The notes under the pieces: model-generated | Seen by the model: only the letters and a program-made list of their open reading frames with translations | What the model was told of the DNA's origin: nothing | Database searches by the model: none | Program-made: the position numbers and the translations under genes | Part shown: positions 40,440 to 53,595 of the stretch, piece after piece | Position numbering within the stretch: position 1 is the stretch's first letter | Layout of the letters: each line of letters starts with the position of its first letter | Assembly: GCA_965223845.1 (NCBI GenBank) | Contig: CBDCXR010000004.1 | Location: 3,392,001-3,456,000, forward strand | Source of the DNA: Planctomycetota bacterium | GTDB lineage: Bacteria > Planctomycetota > UBA8108 > SXIK01 | DNA length: 64,000 nucleotides | Direction: 5' to 3'

Positions 40440-40806
40440 GGCGAGGGGGTTTGCGAAAGCCCCCTCAAAAGATCCGCATGTGCCCCGCACTCCCGCCAGC
40501 GAGCCAAAGGCGAGCCTCGTTGGGGTGAGACGCGGCGGCAAAGCCGCAGCGGCGAGGGGGCTTCGCGAAAGCCCCCTCAAAAGTTCCGCATGCGCCCGCA
40601 CTCCTGCCCAGCGAGCCAAAGGCGAGCCTCGTTGGGGTGAGACGCGCGGCAAAGCCGCAGCGGCGAGGGGGCTTCGCGAAAGCCCCCTCAAAAGTTCCGC
40701 ATGCGCCCGCACTCCTGCCCAGCGAGCCAAAGGCGAGCCTCGTTGGGGTGAGACGCGGCGGCAAAGCCGCAGCGGCGAGGGGGCTTCGCGAAAGCCCCCT
40801 CAAAAG
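40440..40806. repeat. About 3.3 tandem copies of a 111-112 bp palindromic (REP/BIME-like) unit
   Basis: Units start at 40440, 40551, 40662 and 40774; each carries a GAGGGGG(C)TT...AAGCCCCCTC hairpin and the three full units also carry GCGGCAAAGCCGC. Confidence 0.9.
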
Positions 40807-40811
40807 AACGC

Positions 40812-42865
<2,054 letters not shown>

Positions 42866-43068
42866 GCCGTAAGCTCCTTACTACTCTCATCTCCCCGCGG
42901 GCGGATGCGCCGCGGCGAAGGACTGGACCTAAATCACTCGCGTCGAGCGCTTTCTCAGTCGCTCTCGGCGAATTCGAACTCTTGCGGTATGTCCCGCTTT
43001 CCGTTGTCACCCGGCACTCACCGGAACTCCCAGGTGTCCCGCTCCGGTGCTCGTTTCACCGAGGCGAC

Positions 43069-43476
43069 CTAAACAAACCCTTTCTCTCTCCGCTCTCGCC
43101 AAAACTCCTCGAGCACGCTTCGCATGAGCTGGATGTCGATCGGCTTCGGCACCAAAGCGCGACCGCCGACCGTCGAGATATCGAAGCGAATCTTCGCCGA
43201 TGCCTCCCCGCTGACGAACACCGCCTCGAGTCCCGGCAGCTCCGCGGTGAGCTTTCCGTAGACGTCGATCCCGGTCAAATCCGGCATGTGGTAGTCGAGG
43301 ATCGATAGATCGAGTCGAAGGTTCTCGCGTTTCAGCTCCCTGACGAGGTCGATCGCCGCACTGCCCGCCGTCGCGGTGTACGTTCGGTGTCCGTCGTCCC
43401 CGAGAAAATGCGCCATCGACTCGAGGCTGCGCTCGTCATCGTCGACGAGTAGGATGTTCAGCTCGAAGGGTCGCAT
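43069..43476 (-). CDS. Single-domain response regulator (receiver only)
   Basis: ILLVDDD, ILDYHMPDLTG, FVSG, VPKPID. Confidence 0.88.
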   Translation of the reverse strand: MRPFELNILLVDDDERSLESMAHFLGDDGHRTYTATAGSAAIDLVRELKRENLRLDLSILDYHMPDLTGIDVYGKLTAELPGLEAVFVSGEASAKIRFDISTVGGRALVPKPIDIQLMRSVLEEFWRERREKGFV

Positions 43477-43603
43477 CGAGATCCGAGAGAAAACCGAGCC
43501 CGAAGACACGCGTGCTGAGACGAGCCCACTCAACGTGGAGCACCGTCTCGCGCGATGACCACCGGCACGACCCGTAGAACGGGATCGCGCGCGATCGCCG
43601 TCG

Positions 43604-43620
43604 AGCAAAGCGCGTGCCAG
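43604..43620 (-). promoter_or_regulatory. Sigma54 (-24/-12) promoter for the receiver gene
   Basis: Minus strand reads CTGGCAC-GCGCT-TTGCT, a full match to TGGCAC-N5-TTGCW. Confidence 0.8.
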
Positions 43621-43694
43621 GAAGCACCCCGACGTAAGTCCCTCGAGCAAAGAGGATTACGATCGTCTCGCGGCAGCGGACTCACTGGCGCCAC

Positions 43695-43750
43695 TGTCAA
43701 AGTGACACCCGACGGCGGAGCGGCGACCCCAGGCTGTCAGTTTGACAGCC
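43695..43750. promoter_or_regulatory. Tandem palindromic enhancer (UAS) sites
   Basis: TGTCA-AAG-TGACA (43695-43707) and GGCTGTCA-GTT-TGACAGCC (43732-43750), cores 40 bp apart, upstream of the sigma54 promoter. Confidence 0.7.
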
Positions 43751-43798
43751 CCTCGCCGACTCGCGCACTGCGAGGGGAAGGCCGCGCGGCGCTCTTCC

Positions 43799-45496
43799 CT
43801 ACTCGTCGCCCCACTTCCTCTGGAGATCGTACTTCGCGATCTTGTTGTAGAGGCTCTGCCGCGGGATCTTCAGGACCTTCGTGACCTTCGATTTGTTCCA
43901 AGAGCACTCGCCGAGCGCGTGTTCGAGGATCAAGCGTTCGCACTCGTCGATGAGGCCGTTGAAGGTATCGCGAGCGGGGATCCGCAGGACGACGTGCGAG
44001 TCGTCGCGATAGATATTCTCGCCCGAGTGCGCGACCGGGCCCTCGAGCTGAAGGAACTCGGCGACTTCCTTGCGCGCGATCACGCGCCGCTTCGAGGTGA
44101 GCACCACTCGCCGCACGAGATTGCGGAGCTCCCTCACGTTCCCGGGCCACGAATACTGCTCGAGCGCCGTCAGCGCGCTCTCGCTGAATTGACGTCGCAC
44201 CCCCTCCTCGCGGCACACCTCGCTCGTGAATTTCCGAATGAGGAGAGGAATGTCCCCCGCTCGCTCGCGGAGCGGCGGCAGCTCGAGTGTGATCACGTTC
44301 AATCGGTAGAAGAGATCGGCGCGAAACGTCCCCTTATCGACGAGTGCCTTGAGATCGCGGTTCGACGCCGAAATCACTCGCACGTCGACCTTGACGCTGT
44401 CCTTGCCGCCGATCGGACGGATCACGCCTTCCTGGAGGACGCGGAGGAGCTTTCGCTGCATCCCCTCCGACATATCACCGATTTCGTCGAGGAAGAGCGT
44501 GCCGCCGTTCGCCACTTCGAAGAGGCCCTGTCGATCCTCGTCGGCACCGGTGAACGCTCCCTTCACGTGGCCGAAGAGCTCGCTCTCGAGGAGCGACTCC
44601 GTTATCGCCCCGCAGTTCTCGCCGACGAAGTTCGCTTCCGAGCGAGCGCCGGCCCGATGGATGGCGCGGGCGAGGAGCTCCTTCCCCGTCCCACTCTCGC
44701 CGATGATGCACAGGCTGAGATCGTTGTCCTTGACCTTGCCGACGACGTCGATGAGCTTCGTCAGCTTCGGATCCCGTCCGACGATTCCGTAGAAGTCGGG
44801 AATGTCGTCTTCCGCGTCGCCTGCGGGCGCTTCCGCACCGTCCTCGTCTGCGACGCTCGCGGTCCCCGGTTCCGACGTCGCGCCCGATTCCGTCCCTGCC
44901 GAAGCGGATGCTCGCGCGCGCCCAAGCTCGCGGAGCGCGTACGAACGTGCGACCAGCAAGAGGCAACGCTCGACGAACTCGCGGAAGAGAAAGAGCTCTT
45001 CGGAACTCACATCGCCGCCGCCGAGTGCGCGGTCGAGGTAGAGGACGCCGGTTTCATTCGACGTCAGCTCGAACGGAAAGCAGAGAACCGTCCGCGGCGT
45101 GCTCTCCCCGTCTCTCGTCGGCTGGAGAAGTGCGTCGCCGATCGTGAGGAGAGACCCCGACGCGAGAGCGCGCGCGACGACGGTGTAAATGACCGCGAAC
45201 TCCGGATTGGGGACGTCCGTCCAGCGCTGGTCGCGAAGTTCCCGGGCCGCGAGAGGCCGGAGCGCGCTGACAGTGCCGTTTGCGTCGACCGACGTAACGA
45301 GGATGAAGCCACGCTCGAATCGAGTGAGCGGGAGGATCGTCTCGATGGCGAACGCCGCGGCTCGCTCGGTGCGGTCACCCGTCCCGAGGAGTTCTCGCGC
45401 GGCGGTCGATAGTCGTTGTCGCTCCACCTCGAGCCGATGGCCCAAATCGGGAGAAACGTCGAGCTTTTCGAGCGCGAGCTCTTTGGTCTCGTCCAT
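43799..45496 (-). CDS. GAF-domain sigma54 enhancer-binding protein with intact AAA+ motifs
   Basis: GESGTGKE, GAFTGA, LFLDEIG, FRADLFYRL, WPGNVREL, WNKSK HTH; alternative start at 45565. Confidence 0.93.
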   Translation of the reverse strand: MDETKELALEKLDVSPDLGHRLEVERQRLSTAARELLGTGDRTERAAAFAIETILPLTRFERGFILVTSVDANGTVSALRPLAARELRDQRWTDVPNPEFAVIYTVVARALASGSLLTIGDALLQPTRDGESTPRTVLCFPFELTSNETGVLYLDRALGGGDVSSEELFLFREFVERCLLLVARSYALRELGRARASASAGTESGATSEPGTASVADEDGAEAPAGDAEDDIPDFYGIVGRDPKLTKLIDVVGKVKDNDLSLCIIGESGTGKELLARAIHRAGARSEANFVGENCGAITESLLESELFGHVKGAFTGADEDRQGLFEVANGGTLFLDEIGDMSEGMQRKLLRVLQEGVIRPIGGKDSVKVDVRVISASNRDLKALVDKGTFRADLFYRLNVITLELPPLRERAGDIPLLIRKFTSEVCREEGVRRQFSESALTALEQYSWPGNVRELRNLVRRVVLTSKRRVIARKEVAEFLQLEGPVAHSGENIYRDDSHVVLRIPARDTFNGLIDECERLILEHALGECSWNKSKVTKVLKIPRQSLYNKIAKYDLQRKWGDE

Positions 45497-46044
45497 GACG
45501 TCGAATCGCCGCCTAAGCGTGGGAGAAGAAGCGAGTGGCCGCCGGCGGATCGAATTGCCGGCCACTGCCGCTGTTTCTCCGGGGACGAACCGCGCGCACC
45601 AATACGATCACGCTCAACTCGGGACAGGGAGAGAGCGCGATCGGAGCGGGCACCCAAGAATGACCGGCCGGAGAAAGACTGGGCGTGGACTGACCCACCG
45701 CTCGCACGGCGCCGGGAGGCGCGCCGGGGGGAGCGGATGGAGTCGCCACTCAGACGGTCTATCGACGCAGGGATCGACGCGGGTTGAATGCCTGCGCTCG
45801 AAGCTCGGTTATCAACCCGGCGAGCGACCGAGAACACGTGGGTTCCGGGAATGCGCGTCGGATCGATACGGACTCGTTCGTTCGAACCCGTCCGTGTTCT
45901 TCTTGCCCCTTCGCGCCATCGGCCGAGCGACGACGGACGAGACAGCGCTCATCGAGGCGCTAACGGCGGCGCGGGGATCCGGGACGTCGTGGGAAGAGGG
46001 AGAGAAGAGGAGATTTGTCGGGAAGGGGATCGGGAAGACGAGAA

Positions 46045-46728
46045 TCACGCGTCGAAATGCTTGAGCTCGCGCCAGATGAACTCGACGCGTTGGCCCGGCT
46101 GGAGGCCGACGACCCGGACGAGATAGATTCGACCGTCCTCGACTTTTGCGCGGCGGGCGAAGCGGAGGAGATACGTGTGTCCGGCCTTCAACGCCACTAC
46201 GCGGTTGGATTCGTCCGGGAGGGAGAACACGAGATCGCGGTCGATCGAGTTGAACGGAACGAACCGATCCTGATAGGGAAACTCGCGCGTCACGAATCGA
46301 CGGCGCACCCACCGGAGACCGAAGAAGACCGAAAACTCGTTGTCGGGTTGAACATCGCGTCCGAGATCGAGAATGCGACCGCTCGACTCAAACGTCTCGA
46401 TGAGCGCGAGGCGAGAACCGTCGAAATGGACGTCGCCGACGATCTCGCGCCAGTCTTCGTCGACCTGCTGACTCTTGCCGTATCCGGCGCGCTCGAAATC
46501 GAAGAGCTGCCGGCGGTAGTCGAGCGCGTAGAGCTCGCTCGATCGGACGGTCGGTCTCTCCGCCACCGCCGCCTGGTTCTCGTCGTTCGCCGCCCCGGTC
46601 CAGACGGCGGCCACGACGGATCCGGCGATCAGCCCAGCGGCCACGATGCGCGGGCGTCGCGGCGCCGCCGTCGGAGTCCGAGCGAGAGCGGAGCGGTCCG
46701 TCGCGCCCGGCAGAGTCAGCTCGTTCAT
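46045..46728 (-). CDS. Hypothetical membrane-anchored/exported protein
   Basis: GAGA-rich RBS; N-terminal hydrophobic helix; typical codon usage. Confidence 0.6.
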   Translation of the reverse strand: MNELTLPGATDRSALARTPTAAPRRPRIVAAGLIAGSVVAAVWTGAANDENQAAVAERPTVRSSELYALDYRRQLFDFERAGYGKSQQVDEDWREIVGDVHFDGSRLALIETFESSGRILDLGRDVQPDNEFSVFFGLRWVRRRFVTREFPYQDRFVPFNSIDRDLVFSLPDESNRVVALKAGHTYLLRFARRAKVEDGRIYLVRVVGLQPGQRVEFIWRELKHFDA

Positions 46729-47117
46729 GTCTCGTCTCTCTTCGGTGGGAGGAGCGGGATACAATAGACGGGTCGACCGGCAGGCGGCCTCGAACATATC
46801 CGACGGGCGGGACCGCAGATCATTCGACGCGAATCCGCTCCGGGGCTCGGAGCCCGCGCCGGGATCGGGTTCGGCCGGAGAACGGTCCGCACGAACGGCC
46901 TCGTCGTCGCGAATCGGGGACGATTCTCTCAGAATCGCTTCCGCTTCGCTTCGCGTTACCGCCGCGGAGCCTCGTCTCCGGGCTCGAACCGGCTCTCGCG
47001 CCGTCTCCCACTGCACCCGATCCGGATCTGCCCGCCGGCTTCCCGACCCAGTCACGGCCTCGCGGCCGGCGGAACGCGCCGCGATTCATAGCTCTGTCGC
47101 CCCGGGTACTGCTTCTC

Positions 47118-50084
47118 ATGCCGAAGAACCTGCGCGCTCGCCGAGCGCGTTCCACTCTCTCTCGAGTCCTCGCCGTCTGGCTCGCCGGATGGGTGTTCGC
47201 GGACGGTTCGCGCGGCGAAACTCCTCTCGAGACGCCGGAGTCGCAGCTCGCCGAGCTCGTCGAGGAACTCGGCGCCCCGTCCTGGGAGAGCCGCGAACGG
47301 GCTCAGGAGCGGCTGATCGAGCAGGGCGTCGTCGTCGTGCCGGCGCTCAAACGCGCGCTAGAGTCCGACAATCTCGAGCAGAACTACCGCGCCCGGTACC
47401 TCCTCGACCGAATCGACCCCGAGCTCGCCGTGTTCCAGGTGCTCAAGGTCGATGTGACCGGCCCCGATCCGGAGCTCATCTCCTTCGGCGAAGCCCGCGC
47501 GCACACGGACGAGGAGGCCACCGTCGAACCGGCCGCGGTCGACGGCGCGCCCGGCGAGCGCGTTCCGTTCGTCTACACCGTCAAGGTTCAGCCGGGCGCG
47601 GACGGCAGTCGCCGCGTCACCGCGTCGCGATCGCGATCGGATCGCCCGAGCCCGCTCCGTTTCTCGTTCGAGTTTGTCGGTGCCCAGACGACGCGCCTCC
47701 TCGTTCGCACGGAGGAAACGTATTACCGCACGCTCGGGCTCCACGTCGATCGGGAGCGGCGCCGCTACCTCACGCTCGTACGCATTCACCACGGCCGGAC
47801 CTCCGATCAGACCGGCGGGGCGACGATCGGTGCCCCGACGCTTGAGGATCTTCTCGACTCCGTCCGTGAACAGGCGCTCGCGCGAACCATCGCAGAGCGA
47901 AGCGCCGCGCTCGACATTCTCGCCTCGCTCGCGCGCGGAAGAAACGAGACCGCCTTCGAGTTCGCGCTCCGTCATCCCGACCTCCGGTCCGCGGCGGCCC
48001 TCGGGCTCGACCGCATGGATCTCCTCGCCGAGGCGGCTGCGGCCGCGCCGGAGACGGACGACTCGGATCTCAGCCTCGACGATCGCTCACGGCGCGCGCT
48101 CGTCCGGCTGGTCGAGCTCGGCGACGATGCCGCGTACCGCCGACTCCTCTACCAGCTTCGCCACAGTCCACTCGACGCGATCCACGAAGTCGCCGCGGCA
48201 GTCGCGGACCGCACGCGTCGCGGACTCACGCCCGAGCTCGCCGACGCGACTCTCGAGACGATCTTCAGCGCGGACTTCTTCGCGCGGGCGATCTGGGAGG
48301 ACCGCGAGATCCAGTACCTCCTCGCCGTCGCGCTCAAGGCGAGTGACCGCGACCGCCACGGGCCCGTACTCGAGCGGGGGCTCGAGCTCACGAATCGCCT
48401 CCTCCGCGGTCAGCTTGCCGGCCGCCGCATCCTTCTCGATGAGGGTCTCGACCTCTGGCGCCGGATCGCGCTCGCCCAAAGCGACACGCCACCGCCCCTG
48501 CGGCCCGTTCTTCTCGGCCTCCTCGGCGCCCTCTTCGGCGATATTCCGGACTACCGGCTCAGCAACCGCGTCGAGTCCGAGTTGCGCGCCGGACCGCTGA
48601 GCGAGAGCGAGTTCGAGACCTTCCTCCGCCAGACCGAGCGCGTCGGCGAGCGCCCTTCGTCGTATCCGGCGTTCCTCCGTGTCGTCGGTTCGCTCCGCAT
48701 CGCGGACGGGCAACTCGCTCCACTCCTCGAGCGGCTTCTCGCGCTCGGTCGCCGGGCCGAAGCCGACAGCTCGCTCCTCGCCTCCCACCGAGACGGATAC
48801 TTGAGCCAGATTCGCCGCCGCCTCGCGCTCTTCTCCGGAGTCGGCTCCTCCACGTCGCCGTGGACCGATTGGGAGAAGTGGCTCGCGATTTCCGAGAACG
48901 TCCGCGCCCGCGAGGCGGAGCTCCGGAGTTCGAGCGAAAGCGGTGGTTCCGGGCCGGGCGACCGCTTCGTCTTCTACGAGTTCGTTCTTCAGCTCGAGGC
49001 GAGCGAAGATACGACACGCGGCGTGCGCAAGCCGCCCCGCCCGGCCGTCGTCCTCGACGGACGCCGGCTCGAAGTGAGTGTCGGCGAGCCGTTTTCCTAC
49101 CGAGATCGCTGGGACAACATCGTCGAGCGGCGCCTCACGGAATCCTTGAACATGACGAACGCGCTCCGCCGGTCAACGAGCCCGCCCGCGGCGCGGCGCT
49201 TTCGAATTCCGAGCGCGAACGCGCACGTCGAAGTGGGCGTTCCGGTTCTCCAGCGAGTCAGTGGGCGAAAGGTGTCGGCTGGATGGTACGAAAGCTCGCC
49301 AGCCTATCTCGGCTCTCGTCCGCTCTACGGCGCGGGACTCGAGAGCTATCGCAGCCTGCTCTGTCTCGCGAGCGCGGAAGATCCGCAAACACCGGCAGGA
49401 GGCGACGAGACGCCTCCCGACGACGCGGACGCGCTCTGGAAGTTCTTTCTCGAACGACACGTACTCCGCGCGCCGAGCGAGAACGACGACGAGACGCCGA
49501 GCGCGACGCGACGACGGGCCCAGGGTGCCATCCTTCAGCTTCTCCGGACGATCGCCGTCGATGGTGGTGACCGCTACGTGCGCGAACGCTTTCGGCGCGA
49601 GCCGAGTCCCGCTCTCGCACGCGATCTCCTCGCCCGGGGACTCGACGACGGCGTCGAGCACTACCGAGAAACGATCGACGAGCTCGAACCCATCGCGCGC
49701 CTCCAGGCGGCGCAGTTTCTCATCGAAGCGGGAGAATCGACGGGCGTGACGGCCGTCCTCCAGCTCACTCGCGCCGAGCCGACACCGGTCCGAGGAACTC
49801 TCGTCGCGCGGACGGTCGCGGCGCTCGACCGGTATCTCGAGTCCGCGGAGCCGCTTCCGGGCGAACGGCGAGAGATTCTCGACTACATCGTCAGCCAGCT
49901 CGGACGGAATCGGACGTCGAGCTACGTCCTCCGAGAGATCTTCTCCTCCCTCGAGCGCGAGTCCGGTAAAGACTTCGGCTACTCGAGCGCGCGAACGCTC
50001 AATGATCGAAGTGAACGACAGCGCGCCGTCGAAGCAGCTATCGCCGCGGCGACTTCGTGGTGGAAGGAGCACGCCGGGAACTAG
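47118..50084 (+). CDS. Large secreted HEAT/alpha-solenoid protein
   Basis: Signal peptide; LVEELGAPSWESRERAQERL HEAT-like start; 988-aa ORF. Confidence 0.7.
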   Translation: MPKNLRARRARSTLSRVLAVWLAGWVFADGSRGETPLETPESQLAELVEELGAPSWESRERAQERLIEQGVVVVPALKRALESDNLEQNYRARYLLDRIDPELAVFQVLKVDVTGPDPELISFGEARAHTDEEATVEPAAVDGAPGERVPFVYTVKVQPGADGSRRVTASRSRSDRPSPLRFSFEFVGAQTTRLLVRTEETYYRTLGLHVDRERRRYLTLVRIHHGRTSDQTGGATIGAPTLEDLLDSVREQALARTIAERSAALDILASLARGRNETAFEFALRHPDLRSAAALGLDRMDLLAEAAAAAPETDDSDLSLDDRSRRALVRLVELGDDAAYRRLLYQLRHSPLDAIHEVAAAVADRTRRGLTPELADATLETIFSADFFARAIWEDREIQYLLAVALKASDRDRHGPVLERGLELTNRLLRGQLAGRRILLDEGLDLWRRIALAQSDTPPPLRPVLLGLLGALFGDIPDYRLSNRVESELRAGPLSESEFETFLRQTERVGERPSSYPAFLRVVGSLRIADGQLAPLLERLLALGRRAEADSSLLASHRDGYLSQIRRRLALFSGVGSSTSPWTDWEKWLAISENVRAREAELRSSSESGGSGPGDRFVFYEFVLQLEASEDTTRGVRKPPRPAVVLDGRRLEVSVGEPFSYRDRWDNIVERRLTESLNMTNALRRSTSPPAARRFRIPSANAHVEVGVPVLQRVSGRKVSAGWYESSPAYLGSRPLYGAGLESYRSLLCLASAEDPQTPAGGDETPPDDADALWKFFLERHVLRAPSENDDETPSATRRRAQGAILQLLRTIAVDGGDRYVRERFRREPSPALARDLLARGLDDGVEHYRETIDELEPIARLQAAQFLIEAGESTGVTAVLQLTRAEPTPVRGTLVARTVAALDRYLESAEPLPGERREILDYIVSQLGRNRTSSYVLREIFSSLERESGKDFGYSSARTLNDRSERQRAVEAAIAAATSWWKEHAGN

Positions 50085-50501
50085 GCGGTCGCTCCACCGT
50101 TTCGACGGCTCATCCGCCGGGTCGATCGCACTACGACGGAGCTCGGCGACGGCGTCCCCCGGTGCGCGCGAGGCACTCGATTTTGGACGATGCGCCGCGT
50201 CCGGACACGCGGCCTAAGCATATACGTTCTGTACAGTTGCGCTGCCTCCCGTCGAGCAACTGGCGAGAAACCGACGACGTCCGTCGCGAACGAAAGAGCG
50301 CCGCGGGAATTGTCGATAGCTAAGGGGCCGGACGAGAGTCCCGCTGGAGCCTGTGCTCCACCTTCCCCCTCCTGCGTCTCCTCTCTCGCTGCCGCGGTCC
50401 CCCGCTCGGACGCACGCGAAACAAACGCGTGTCGCCTCCTCGGGGAACCCCTGCATTCACTTCGCAGGTCTCACACCACCACCGACGACGAGCACTACAT
50501 C

Positions 50502-51332
50502 GTGAAAGAGGCCGGACTCGAAACTTACTTCAAAGAAATCAATCGCATTCCACTTCTCACTCCCGAGGAGGAGAAAGCTCTCGCGATCGAGGTCCGCAAG
50601 GGCGACGTCGAAGCGCGCGAAAAGATGGCGAAGTCGAATCTGCGACTGGTCGTCAGCATCGCAAAGAATTACGTCGATCGCGGGCTGTCCCTCCTCGATC
50701 TCATCGAAGAAGGGAACCTCGGCCTCCTCAAAGCGGTCGAGCGCTTCGATCCCGACGCCGAGTGTCGCTTCAGCACCTATGCGACGTGGTGGATCAAGCA
50801 GTCCATCAAGCGTGCGCTCATCGATACGGTGAAGACGGTTCGAATTCCGTCCTACATGGTCGAGCTGATCTCGAAGTGGAAGAACGTCGCCTCGAATCTG
50901 AACGTCAAGCTCGGTCGCCCGCCGATGTTTCACGAGATCGCCCAGGAGCTCGGGATCCCTCCGGAGAACCTCGGGATCATCAAGACGGCGCTCCGAGCGT
51001 CGAGCTCGTCCAGCCAGACGATCAGCCTCGAGAACATGTGGACGCTGAGCGAAATCCTCGAGGACAAGAACGCTCGCCAACCGGTCGACATCCTCTTCGA
51101 CGACGCGGAGATGGAGATGATCGAGGAGCTCCTCGCGACTCTCGACGACCGCGAGACGCGGATCCTCCGGATGCGCTACGGTCTCGACAACGGCGATCCG
51201 ATGACCCTCAAGGAGATCGGCGAACGCGTCAGCCTCTCGCGGGAGCGCGTGCGACAGATCGAGAACGAGGCGCTGAAGAAGCTCTACTTCGTGCTCACGC
51301 ACGAGAAGCAAGGGGCTCTCGAAGAGGTCTGA
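50502..51332 (+). CDS. Short SigA/RpoD-family sigma factor lacking region 1.1
   Basis: [52 protein letters not shown]...SRERVRQIE. Confidence 0.93.
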   Translation: MKEAGLETYFKEINRIPLLTPEEEKALAIEVRKGDVEAREKMAKSNLRLVVSIAKNYVDRGLSLLDLIEEGNLGLLKAVERFDPDAECRFSTYATWWIKQSIKRALIDTVKTVRIPSYMVELISKWKNVASNLNVKLGRPPMFHEIAQELGIPPENLGIIKTALRASSSSSQTISLENMWTLSEILEDKNARQPVDILFDDAEMEMIEELLATLDDRETRILRMRYGLDNGDPMTLKEIGERVSLSRERVRQIENEALKKLYFVLTHEKQGALEEV

Positions 51333-51431
51333 GCCGGCGGTAGCTGGCCCGGGTCACGGTCGACGGTGACCGTAGGCGGTGCGCTTCCCGGTCCCCACCC
51401 GGGTACGGAAACGAACTCGCGGCGGTGCCGC

Positions 51432-51956
51432 TCAATAAGTCACGAGCGAGTGCACCTGGATTCCCGGTAGCCGGCTCCGTCCGTCGAGGAACGAGAGCTC
51501 GACGAGAAACGAGCACGCGATCACGACCGCACCCGCGGACGCCACGAGCTCCGCGCAGGCGCTGATCGTCCCACCCGTCGCGAGAAGGTCGTCGACGAGG
51601 AGGACGCGCTGTCCGGGCTCGATCGCATCGATGTGCATCTCGACGCTGTCCGAACCGTACTCGAGGTCATAGGTGACGCTGCGCGTCTCGTGCGGCAGCT
51701 TCCCCGGCTTTCGAATCGGGACGAATCCGACCCCCAGTCGATAGGCGAGGGCGGGCCCGAGAATGAACCCGCGGGCTTCCGGTCCGGCGACCGCCTCGAC
51801 GTCCGCGCCCCCCGCGTATCGCGCCGCGATTTGATCGACCACCTCGCGAAAGGCCGGGCCGTCCGCGAGGAGCGGTGTGATGTCCTTGAAGCTGATTCCG
51901 GGCTTCGGAAAGTCGGGAATCTCCCGGATAAATTCGCGCAATCTCTCGCTGTCCAT
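51432..51956 (-). CDS. apt: Adenine phosphoribosyltransferase
   Basis: [39 protein letters not shown]. Confidence 0.97.
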   Translation of the reverse strand: MDSERLREFIREIPDFPKPGISFKDITPLLADGPAFREVVDQIAARYAGGADVEAVAGPEARGFILGPALAYRLGVGFVPIRKPGKLPHETRSVTYDLEYGSDSVEMHIDAIEPGQRVLLVDDLLATGGTISACAELVASAGAVVIACSFLVELSFLDGRSRLPGIQVHSLVTY

Positions 51957-52150
51957 GATGGCCGGGAGCATCGCACACCGCTTCCGGCCGAACAAGCACC
52001 TTCTCGCCGGGCGACCACACGAGTCGTTGGCGCGCCGCTGAACGGCCGGTAAAATGGCGTCCGTACGGGTCTCGCGCGCGCCGCGCTCGGTCTGATCGAG
52101 CGCGCTGGAGTCCGCGATTCGGGCCCCAGGTCTCGGCACACGGGCGTTCC

Positions 52151-53518
52151 ATGTCGCACGCGATTTCGCCGCTTCGCCTCCGCGATCTCGATCTACGCCG
52201 CTCCGCGCCGTCGGTTCCGGCGACTCACGCCGCGAAGCGGTCGGTGGTCGCGTGGTCGAGCGCGCTCGCGGTCGGCGTGATCCTCATGCCGCTCCTGCTC
52301 CCGTCGGCCTTCGCCGACGAAACGACACCGGCCGAGCCTCGTGGCGAGGCCTCCGGCGCGAGCGCCGCCCCGCGCCGCCCGGCCGGGAGCGACATTCGTC
52401 GAATCCGCACGACGCCGGGCGCGCTTCGCGGCGGGTCGATCGTCGATGCGAAGCGCGGCGCCGCTGAGCGACCACCACGAAATCGTCGCGCGCCGACGAT
52501 CGGCGACACGCTCCGCGAGAGTACGGCCTCCCGTCGCGTTCAGATTCACTTCGCGCACAGCGCGTGGAACCTCTCCCCGGACATCGTTCGCGGGATCGAG
52601 ATCGGTGTCGCGATCCCGACCGACGACGCCCACCAAAAGATTCACTCCGTCGAGTTCGATCCGAAACCCGAACGCGTCATCGAAAATCGCTGGCGACAGA
52701 AGACGGCGCTCTTCGTCCTCGACGAGCTGGCCCCGAACGCCAAGGTCGAGATCCGCTCGACGATCCGTGCGACGCTCCGAAGCACCGAGTGGCAGATTAC
52801 CGAGGACGACGTCGGTTCGTTCGAGGAAATCCCCGAATCGATCCAGCGGCAGTACCTCCGCAACGCGACGGCGTACGGGCTCACCGAAGACATCGTCGAG
52901 TCGTCGGCGCGGGCAGTGCGAGTGAGCGAAGGCGGCCCGCTCGAGCAAGTGCGTCGCATTCACGACTTCGTGACCGACCAGCTCGAATACGTCCGCGACG
53001 ATCGCTGGGACTCGGCGGACGCCGTTCTACGACGCGGGACGGGGTCGTGCTCCGAGTACACGTACGTGATGATCGCTCTCTGCCGACTGAACGGTATCCC
53101 GGCGCGCTACGCCGGAGGAACGTGGCTCGGCGAGGACGTGAGCCCGCCGCCGCACGCCGATCGCGTTTTCCACCGCTGGGTGGAAGTGTACCTTCCCCGC
53201 GTCGGCTGGTTTCCGATCGACCCGACCCAGGGCGATCGCAACATCGCCGGCGGTGATTTTTACCGCCACTTCGGACGGATCCCGTGGAGCTACCTCACGC
53301 TCCTTCGCGGCGACGGTGACCGGGCGGACAGCGGCGTCCTCGGGTGGGACTATCGCTCTGGCATGACCTGGAGCTCGCCGCAGAAGTTGACCCGAGGAAG
53401 CGTGTTCATCGATCGCGTCGCGATCTGGCTCGACGACTTCAACGACGCGACGAGGGACGCGAGTTCCCGCGCGACCACCGCGAGACGGACGACGAAGGCG
53501 AAGTCGCGGCGCGGTTGA
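52151..53518 (+). CDS. Exported transglutaminase-like protein
   Basis: GSCSEY (Cys), HRWVEVY (His), PIDPT (Asp) triad; N-terminal hydrophobic segment. Confidence 0.85.
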   Translation: MSHAISPLRLRDLDLRRSAPSVPATHAAKRSVVAWSSALAVGVILMPLLLPSAFADETTPAEPRGEASGASAAPRRPAGSDIRRIRTTPGALRGGSIVDAKRGAAERPPRNRRAPTIGDTLRESTASRRVQIHFAHSAWNLSPDIVRGIEIGVAIPTDDAHQKIHSVEFDPKPERVIENRWRQKTALFVLDELAPNAKVEIRSTIRATLRSTEWQITEDDVGSFEEIPESIQRQYLRNATAYGLTEDIVESSARAVRVSEGGPLEQVRRIHDFVTDQLEYVRDDRWDSADAVLRRGTGSCSEYTYVMIALCRLNGIPARYAGGTWLGEDVSPPPHADRVFHRWVEVYLPRVGWFPIDPTQGDRNIAGGDFYRHFGRIPWSYLTLLRGDGDRADSGVLGWDYRSGMTWSSPQKLTRGSVFIDRVAIWLDDFNDATRDASSRATTARRTTKAKSRRG

Positions 53519-53566
53519 CCGAGCCGTGAAGCGGAGTCGCGGCTGGCTCACGCGCAGCGATTGTAG

Positions 53567-53595
53567 TTGCCTTCCCCCGGGCCGGAATCTACCAT
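53567..53595 (+). promoter_or_regulatory. Probable sigma70 promoter about 360 nt upstream of tkt
   Basis: TTGCCT-N17-TACCAT. Confidence 0.55.

Noticed and set aside
40440-40806. CRISPR array
   Set aside because: The sequences between palindromes are near-identical rather than unique spacers, the period is 111 bp, and there are no cas genes.
42866-43068. CIRCE element upstream of groES
   Set aside because: Only a half-site-like GGCACTC (about 43013); no TTAGCACTC-N9-GAGTGCTAA.
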